From Chlorokybus atmophyticus (taxonomy: Eukaryota; Plantae; Mesostigma and Chlorokybus algae), in NCBI GenBank assembly GCA_009103225.1, contig RHPI01000732.1:331687-345764 (forward strand): a DNA stretch of 14,078 bases. The letters run 5' to 3'. Positions 7,532 through 14,078 of the stretch are shown piece by piece (positions within the stretch are counted from its first letter, which is position 1; each line of letters opens with the position of its first letter). The notes beneath the pieces were generated by a model that was not told the DNA's origin, did no database searches, and saw only the letters and a list, made by a program, of their open reading frames with translations. The translations under genes and the position numbers were made by a program.

Positions 7532-9652
7532 ATGAGCAGGCCCACCCCGTTCTCCCCAATAGACGAGGGTGACCTCAGCAGTTGGAGCCCAACCACCAAC
7601 CTCACCTACGAGCGGACCAGTGACGGAAGCATCGACCGCAGCAGCAGAGGCTCGCGCTCCATCTCCAGCTTCACCCCGCTCCACTCTACTCCTCGTCATC
7701 AAGCTTCTCCACTATCATCGGACAGCGACGACAACGAGATGGAATCTTCCAGTTCAACCACATCCCTGCGCTTCTCCGGACGTGCCGGCACCACCTCGCT
7801 GGATGAGTTCATCATCAAGTTCCACTCCAAGATGCGGCAGCAAGCACTGAAGAACAAAGACTGGTCAGATGAGATCTCTTTCCACATTGCTGCTCAGTAT
7901 CTTGATCATGAAGCACACGATGTCTGGAAGTCCGTTGCTGAACTGCATCGAGTAGACGGCTATGGCGAGCTTGCCAGCACCATAGCATCTGCATCCCTGC
8001 ACCGTCCAGCAGGTGTCATTCCACCTGCCACTTCAGTTGCAGTAACAGGCTTGACCATAGCTGCAGCTCTCAAGCAGGCAGAGGAGGAGGAACCAGAGTT
8101 GGTACTTGTCAACTTGACCCCTGCAGAAGTTGAGTCCAAGGAGGCCACACGTCGAGTCCGCATCCTTGACCGTTCTGCCAGCATCATTGAGGAACAAAGA
8201 GCTGTACAGCAAGCGGCAGCCGCAGAGTGGGGTACTCCTCTACCTCCAGCAACACCTGGCTCTCGTGCAGGAGGCAGCGCTTTCACCCTCGGGTCAGTAG
8301 CACTGCGCGCACCAGCCATCACCGTAGGTGCTGCCATCTCTGATTCTCCACTCAAGGACCTGTACGCTGCCCTGCGCCGTACCTTCCCTCCTCAGACCAC
8401 CAGCAAGGTTGAGGAGCTGAGACGCTTCCGACGCAAGCCCAATGAGGATCCCTTCCGCTTATACTCCAGACTGGAAGGTCTGTTGAAGGACACTGACTAC
8501 AAGATTGTCAGTGAGGAGGCTGCTGCAGTAATATACGTCAATGAGTTGGATGCTGCTCTGAGCGAGTCGACACGCCTAACTCTGAACTACAGCAGGCCCC
8601 TGGGCTACACCCTCAAAGAAGCCTTCGAGACTGCACAAGCCATCCATAAGCGCTTGGTGTATGAGAAGGCAGTGCTGGACACCAACCGCAGCGCCGTATG
8701 GCCTGTAGTCAGCACGACAACTGAGCCTCCTCGCCGCGACCGTGGCCGGGACGCTCCACCAGCACGCGACAAAGGGAAACGGTCAGCTCATGCTGCACTT
8801 GCTGCCCCTGTGCTGTGTCATCGCTGTGGACGGCATGGGCACTACCAAAAGGAGTGCACCGAAGAATACTCAACTTTGGTTTGCGACCACTGTCACAAGA
8901 TTGGTCATCTGGAGTCAGTCTGCTGGCTCAAGTTCCCAGAGTTGAGGCCCGCCAACAGCTACAACCACACTGCCAACAACTTCAGTGGCTACAACAGCAA
9001 CAACACTGGGGGCCACACTGGCAACCACTTCAGTGGCTACAATAGCAACAACACTGGAGCCCACAACAGCAACAACGCTGGTGGCAGTAACAACAACAAC
9101 AATGCCAGTGCTCGCAAGGAAGAGCAAGGCTACAGGGGGAAGAACAGACCTCCTCAGCGTAAGGGACCAGAGACACGTCCGCGCGCTGCTGCTGTTGCCG
9201 CCAAGGCTTCAGCCAACCCACTAGCTGATGACCATATGGCAGCCCTAATGGCACGCATGGCACGCTTGGAGGAAGACAAGAAGCAGGACTACCGCGCCTG
9301 CTACACGGCCCGATGGGCGCTAATGGCTGCAAAACGCGAGAGAGACAGGAACACTCCGTCCCGCGTGCAACCATCACGACGAGCACGAGGGGAAGCTGCA
9401 ACAACATCAGCAGGCACCTCCTCCGAAGCCACCGAGTGGTGCTGCCTCCGCAGCAACAGCCACACCGGCTACGACGTCGACTCTATCAACGTCAGCATTA
9501 CCCACTCCAGTTGCACCACGACCTGGTACACCGGTGGGCACCGTGACGCCGACGCTGGTGAGCACACTGGCAGCAGCCGCCATCACTACCGAATCTGCAC
9601 CAGTGGGCGGTGCACTTCCCACTGCAGCAGCGCCTCTGTCCGGGGGCGTTGA
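7532..9652 (+). CDS. gag: Gag polyprotein (capsid-like region plus two CCHC zinc knuckles); the tail after ~9415 is probably out of frame
   Basis: 706-aa ORF. CHRCGRHGHYQKEC (8816-8857) and CDHCHKIGHLESVC (8882-8923) fit CX2CX4HX4C. A capsid-like pattern is seen in YLDHEAHDVW...LKDLYAALRRTF...EELRRFRRKPNEDPFRLYSRL. Confidence 0.88.
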   Translation: MSRPTPFSPIDEGDLSSWSPTTNLTYERTSDGSIDRSSRGSRSISSFTPLHSTPRHQASPLSSDSDDNEMESSSSTTSLRFSGRAGTTSLDEFIIKFHSKMRQQALKNKDWSDEISFHIAAQYLDHEAHDVWKSVAELHRVDGYGELASTIASASLHRPAGVIPPATSVAVTGLTIAAALKQAEEEEPELVLVNLTPAEVESKEATRRVRILDRSASIIEEQRAVQQAAAAEWGTPLPPATPGSRAGGSAFTLGSVALRAPAITVGAAISDSPLKDLYAALRRTFPPQTTSKVEELRRFRRKPNEDPFRLYSRLEGLLKDTDYKIVSEEAAAVIYVNELDAALSESTRLTLNYSRPLGYTLKEAFETAQAIHKRLVYEKAVLDTNRSAVWPVVSTTTEPPRRDRGRDAPPARDKGKRSAHAALAAPVLCHRCGRHGHYQKECTEEYSTLVCDHCHKIGHLESVCWLKFPELRPANSYNHTANNFSGYNSNNTGGHTGNHFSGYNSNNTGAHNSNNAGGSNNNNNASARKEEQGYRGKNRPPQRKGPETRPRAAAVAAKASANPLADDHMAALMARMARLEEDKKQDYRACYTARWALMAAKRERDRNTPSRVQPSRRARGEAATTSAGTSSEATEWCCLRSNSHTGYDVDSINVSITHSSCTTTWYTGGHRDADAGEHTGSSRHHYRICTSGRCTSHCSSASVRGR
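8966..9085 (+). repeat. In-frame 48-bp tandem duplication in Gag (Asn/Gly/Ser-rich)
   Basis: HTANNFSGYNSNNTGG (8966-9013), HTGNHFSGYNSNNTGA (9014-9061) and a partial third unit. Confidence 0.9.
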
Positions 9653-10049
9653 GACAACTCTCGCACCACTGACCGATACCGTCGCAACTGCCAGAATGGC
9701 CATCGTCGAGCCCGCTGTCTTTGCAGCGACGCGCGCAGCCACTCTGCCCGCTCTCGACGTCACTCAGGCTGTCCCAACTGGTCAGCAAGCTGAACGAGCA
9801 TGGGAAACCATCCTGCACGGAGCAGACCCCACTACCATCGCCTTCGGTCGGGGGGGGGAGCGCACCACGCGTGTCGCCCGCGATGATCGCGTCTTCCCGC
9901 TGCCAGAGGTTCACACCCTTCCATCACTCACTCAACACCAGTTTGAAGATGAGATCCTTGCTGGCACTGCACCCCCGATGCGTGACAGGGTGTTCTTGAT
10001 CAGCTACAGCCCACCTGTAGTGTTGGAGTTGGCTCTGCAGCTGTTCTAG
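9324..10049 (+). CDS. Frame-3 segment linking gag and pol (Pro/Ala/Thr linker plus unknown region), ending at a single TAG
   Basis: Frame 3 is open from 9324 (after TAA 9321-9323) to TAG 10047-10049 and reads APPPKPPSGAASAATATP...DRVFPLPEVHTLPSL... The same frame stays open after the TAG. Confidence 0.7.
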   Translation, partial: WLQNARETGTLRPACNHHDEHEGKLQQHQQAPPPKPPSGAASAATATPATTSTLSTSALPTPVAPRPGTPVGTVTPTLVSTLAAAAITTESAPVGGALPTAAAPLSGGVETTLAPLTDTVATARMAIVEPAVFAATRAATLPALDVTQAVPTGQQAERAWETILHGADPTTIAFGRGGERTTRVARDDRVFPLPEVHTLPSLTQHQFEDEILAGTAPPMRDRVFLISYSPPVVLELALQLF

Positions 10050-13000
10050 GCGTTGCACAACAACATGCAGACCGCCCCGCGCCAGCCTGCACGCATGCCA
10101 ACCACGACCTTTGAACCCAGCCCGTTGGACACGTATCGGGACCGCCGAGACGCCATCCAGCAGCGAATCGCCGACGCAGCCGACCTGCTTTTGGGCACTG
10201 ATGAAGCACTCGGACCTCCTACAACCGCTCGTCTTCATCAGCGCTACCACGCACTGGAACAAGCATATCATTGGCAACAGGATCAAGCTGCCGCCATTGC
10301 TGCACGTGAACAAGCTCTTGAAGCTACACGTGCACCAATACCTCAGTCACCAACTGCTGGTCCATCCTCCAGCACCACTCCGCTCTTCGTCGGGACCAAC
10401 TCTGACCAAGCGAAGGCGTTGGCTCAACAAACCAGGGGGGTGATCGCCCCGTTGCTGCCTGCGCTGGTGGAGGATCTACCTGAGGACCAAAGGGAGCCAG
10501 GGAGGGGCTACCTTACACCACAAGGGTGTACACAAAGAGATGGAGCAGGACTGGTTGGAGAGCAACAACTACGCACTGCTCTGTTGCGACAAGCAACCAT
10601 GCTGCATCGGCAAGAAGGCATTGGACTTCGGCAGATGCTTGGGATGCGAGACAATGGCAACGCGGCACGCGCACGGTTAGTGACGTGGCTGGTTACCAAC
10701 CATCCTGCAGTCCCGTTGTTCGCTTTCGACGCCAGAATAGCGTGGGTGGACGCATTCCTTCGCTCCATACGGCAAGCCTATGATGAAGTGGCTTCCGCCG
10801 CCACTGACACTCTGGAGGGAGCTCTGGAGGCGATACTGAGTTTGCCAGGGGTGGAGGCAGGACGTCAGCGCAGGCGCATCGCCACTGCTTACGAGCAGCA
10901 TGTCCAACAGCCAGAGACCCGGCTCACTGTACGCACACGAGCAATAACAGTGCTGGAAGTGGGAGTGGTCAACGGCAGATGGGATGCTTACATGGCAGGG
11001 ATCCTCAGGGTGCCCACCATCACCCACGACATGAGAGCGCGGCTCCTACGCGCAGTGTACCTGCAGCCCATGCCTCAAAACCATCGCTATATAGATGTGG
11101 ACAACAATGCGACGGCGACATGGGAAGGTACACTAGTCAGAGAGGCAGCCCATGCTGTGCGATGGACCTATGCAGAGGAGCAGGCTGCACGAGAGGCAGT
11201 CCCGCAAACACCAGGTCCTCCAGGGTTCCCGCCACAGCCACTGGCCACTCCTCCTGGCATGACAACAGCTGCACAGAGGGTCAACCCTCCTGCACCTCCA
11301 CTTGGACAGGTTGCAGCAGCACCTCCAGTGCCTAGGCCACCACGCGTGTACCAGCAACCGCGACAAGGACGGTTTGGACAAAGCCGAGGACAAGGAGGCC
11401 CACAAGATCCATCAGGCAGAGGAGCCCTGGCTGCCCTACGGTCAGGCCCCGCAGATGAGAGTAAAGCAACAGTCTCTCCACGCAAGAGGTTCCGTCGCTT
11501 CAAGAGGCTGCGCATCAACGCCAATGCAGCCATGATCGCCAACCAAGGCAAGCACGTGACCGTCAATGGGCGGGCACCCAAACGCGTGATGCTGGACACT
11601 GGAGCACAGCCTGTCATCATTGGGCGCTACCTCGCACGAGATCTCGGCATCACCAGCGCTGAGCTGCTTCCCTGTCCCTACCAGCTGGACACCGCAACCG
11701 GCAACCGCGACAAGGTGCTCGGCCTTACCAAGCAGGCTGTGAGCATCCGCCTCACCGGACTAAACCCTTCCCACAGCACCGAGATTGTACAAAGGTGTGT
11801 GGTCACCGATGCCGGGTCCTTTGACCTACTGTTGGGACAGGACTGCAACTTCCCTGTCGGCATGGGGCTGGACTGCTGGACTGAGCAGGCATGGTTTCGA
11901 CCACATTGGGATGAGGACGATGGAGAGGAGCAGGGATTCCTACCTCTCGAACTGGTGGCCAAGGACCGCTCGCAACGAAGATCGGCTGCAGCAGCCACCT
12001 ACAGTCTTACAAAAAGCTCACGTGTGCCTCGTGCCCGAACGCAGCCGAGGACAACTGCAACGAGCTCGAGCCCGAGCCTAAACGCTGAAGAGGACTCTCC
12101 TACACCGTACGATGAGTCTCAGGAGACTGTCACCAAAGAAGTGGCCTTTCAGGAGCCATCCGAGCGTCGCTGGAGCGCACAAGTAGCAGCACACATGCTG
12201 CTGACCAGGCCTCAGCTCACTGCACACTTCCCTGTCTACAAAGACCAGGCTACAGTGCAGGAGCAGTACCACATAGCTACGGGAGTTGTGGAGTTCCACA
12301 TGTTCCGCCGACAACAAGGCATCACCGTGCTGGAGCTGTTCGGAGGCATAGGCAGTGGGCTTGCGGCTGTCCTCAACACAGGAACAACAGTCACCAAGTA
12401 CCTCTACTGTGACCCTGACCCTCATGCACAGGAGGCTCTGAGCCATCATTTACGACAGCTGCACCAGCGCTACCCGCAGCAGCTACCACTGTCGGCACTG
12501 CAAGGGAGCCAGAAGGCTCTACCGCAGGACATCCGCTGGATTACCAAGGATCACCTGCAGGCAGTCGGCAACATTGACCTGCTGATAGCAGGGTGGGAGT
12601 GTCAAGGGCACTCCAGGGCAGGCAGAGGCCAAGGGCTCTCGGATCCTCGCTCACAGCTGTTCTGGGAGCTAATGAGAGTCATCAAACTCCTACAGATCAG
12701 TCAGATCGCTAGGCCCTTGGGGTACATCATCGAGAATGTGCACTCCGAGGATGACAAGCGGCACCACGTCGCCAAGGCCTATCGGCAAGTATGCTCCTTG
12801 CTGGGGCATCCTCTCAAAATCAACGCCGCGCGTCATGGATCTCGTGCACACCGCGTCCGCGCCAAGTGGACCAACCTGGCCATTGTGGAAGACCTGTTTC
12901 TGGCAGAGTACCTATACAGCAATCGGCCACGAAATCTCGTCGTCGATGACATCCTGGACCCTGGACGCACAGCGCAACCAGTCACACGCCTTGACCACCA

Positions 13001-14078
13001 CCACTTCTACCAGTGCAACCAGCCTGGTCAGCCGCGCCGCGCGCTACCCACACTAGTATCCTATCCAGGCTCCTACGCGTTCCGCAATGCAGGCGACGGC
13101 ATGGTGTTGGACTCCAACACTGGACAGCTGGAAGAACCCAATGCCCGCGAGCGCGAGCGTGCTATGGGATTCTTTCCAAGCAGCATCACAGGCTCCACGC
13201 TGACAACCAGTCAACAATGTCAGTTGTTGGGGCGCGCCATGGATCAGAACAGCATGGTGTGGTACTTGGAAATGTGCTTTGCTCTCCAGGACCGCCATGT
13301 GTCCTTCCAGGAGCTCGAACACCTGGCTGGGGGGTGGATTGCTCGCTTTTCAGAGACCAATGCAGCACACACCGCCCTCGAGACCGCCCACATGGAGGAG
13401 CAGGCAGCAGTTACTGTGGAAGACATTCCAGTGGTCGCCAACGCTACCTCATGGTCCCACGCCACTGGACCGCTGGCCACAGGCCAGAGCCGAGAGCAAC
13501 TCGAGGCTCTCCTCAACAAGTGGAGGAGCCAATTCAGTTTCAGTGTGAAGGAGCTGGGCATCTGCTCAGCATACCAGATGGACATTGAACTAGTGGACAC
13601 CGAACCGGTGTTCAGAAGACAGTACCGCCTCTCCAAGCTAGAAGAAGACTTGGTGGAACGGAGGTGCAAGGCGCTGCTAGATGCAGGCCTGATCGAGGAG
13701 TCCACATCGGACTTTGCGGCCGCGACCGTCATGCCCCTGAAGAAAGATTCAGCAGGCAACTGGACAGACCGGCGCATGTGTGGCGACTATCGCCCCCTCA
13801 ACAACAAGACCAAGCAGGACAGGTATCCGATGCCTACCGCAGAAGGCATCTTTGACGATGTAGGAGACTGCACGGTCTATAGTATCCTGGATATGCGCCA
13901 AGGGTACAACCAGATCGCCATCAAGGAGGAGGACAAGCACAAGAGTTCCTTCTGGGGAAACCGGCAGCTGTACCAGTTGAAGGTCATGCCCTTCGGACTG
14001 AAGAACGCTCCGGCCAAGTTCCAGCGCGTCATGGACAAAGCCCTCAAGGGGTTGGACTTCGCGCGCTGCTACTTCGCG
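10050..14078 (+). CDS. pol: Pol polyprotein, 3'-partial: unknown domain - aspartic protease - C5 DNA methyltransferase - reverse transcriptase
   Basis: Manual translation of frame 3 gives 1343 codons without a stop up to the window end (first ATG at 10065). Confidence 0.93.
11544..11880 (+). other. Retroviral-type aspartic protease domain
   Basis: VMLDTGAQPVIIG (Asp at 11595-11597) and the downstream FDLLLGQD motif (11820-11843). Confidence 0.9.
12318..13280 (+). other. C5-cytosine DNA methyltransferase domain within Pol
   Basis: Motif I VLELFGGIGSG (12327-12359); II YLYCD (12399-12413); III DI (12528); IV DLLIAGWECQGHS (Cys 12600-12602); VI YIIENV (12723-12740); VIII HRVRAKWTNL (12849-12878); IX ERERAMGF (13149-13172); X QLLGRAM (13221-13241). 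Order is canonical and unpermuted. Confidence 0.93.
13560..14078 (+). other. Ty3/Gypsy reverse transcriptase domain, partial
   Basis: QYRLS, RMCGDYRPLN (13773-13802), DRYPMP, LDMRQGYNQI (13887-13916), MPFGLKNAPAKFQRVM (from 13986). The sequence ends at the position of the YxDD motif. Confidence 0.96.

Larger units (their letters stand above)
6790..14078 (+). mobile_element. Ty3/Gypsy LTR retrotransposon carrying a C5 DNA methyltransferase (3' part outside the window)
   Basis: Order gag(CCHC x2) - PR - DNMT - RT, with RT motifs of Ty3/Gypsy type. The left boundary is approximate because no second LTR is available for comparison. Confidence 0.92.

Noticed and set aside
9324-9652. Canonical -1 slippery heptamer at the gag-pol junction
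   Set aside because: The needed shift is +1 (frame 2 to 3), and no in-frame X XXY YYZ site was seen.
10047-10049. TAG read as Gln (ciliate/ulvophyte-type nuclear code)
   Set aside because: Only one in-frame TAG and no TAA among well over a thousand codons with many CAA/CAG Gln codons. A reassigned code should give many.
7505-13940. Many 60-190 aa ORFs in other frames or on the minus strand within gag-pol (e.g. 7960-8355, 11168-11620, 13013-13588, 13244-13777)
   Set aside because: Expected by-products of GC-rich coding DNA. All recognisable motifs lie in gag frame 2 or pol frame 3.
1-14078. Prokaryotic restriction-modification or retron-type RT plus MTase system, CRISPR array, rRNA/tRNA genes
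   Set aside because: The context is eukaryotic (spliceosomal introns, microsatellite, Gag knuckles, Gypsy RT). No regular repeat-spacer array or structural RNA gene was recognisable.

Overview
Eukaryotic, transposon-dense window. A green-plant/algal host is an inference, not shown. The right half (~6790-14078) is the 5' part of a Ty3/Gypsy LTR retrotransposon. It has a gag ORF (7532-9652, two CCHC knuckles) followed by a frame-3 pol that is open from 10050 to the window end (1343 codons) and is absent from the ORF track because it has no stop in the window. Pol carries an aspartic protease (LDTG, 11592-11603), then a complete C5-cytosine DNA methyltransferase domain (motifs I-X, ~12318-13280, with an atypical W-E-C-Q catalytic loop), then reverse transcriptase cut off at the window edge. 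A DNMT in a Gypsy Pol has precedent in charophyte algae (de Mendoza et al. 2018, recalled from memory), so it is rare rather than certainly new. Gag and pol are separated by a +1 frame change (9324-9652 overlap), a single in-frame TAG (10047-10049) and ~700 codons with no recognisable domain. Immediately upstream on the minus strand is a DD35D pogo-type transposase fragment split by two GT-AG introns, also invisible in the ORF track, and it lacks its 5' part. The left ~5.5 kb holds a (TA)n tract, a probable decayed Plavaka-like transposase fragment, hairpin/foldback structures, motif clusters and AT-rich DNA. All translations and alignments were done by eye; no database searches were run.
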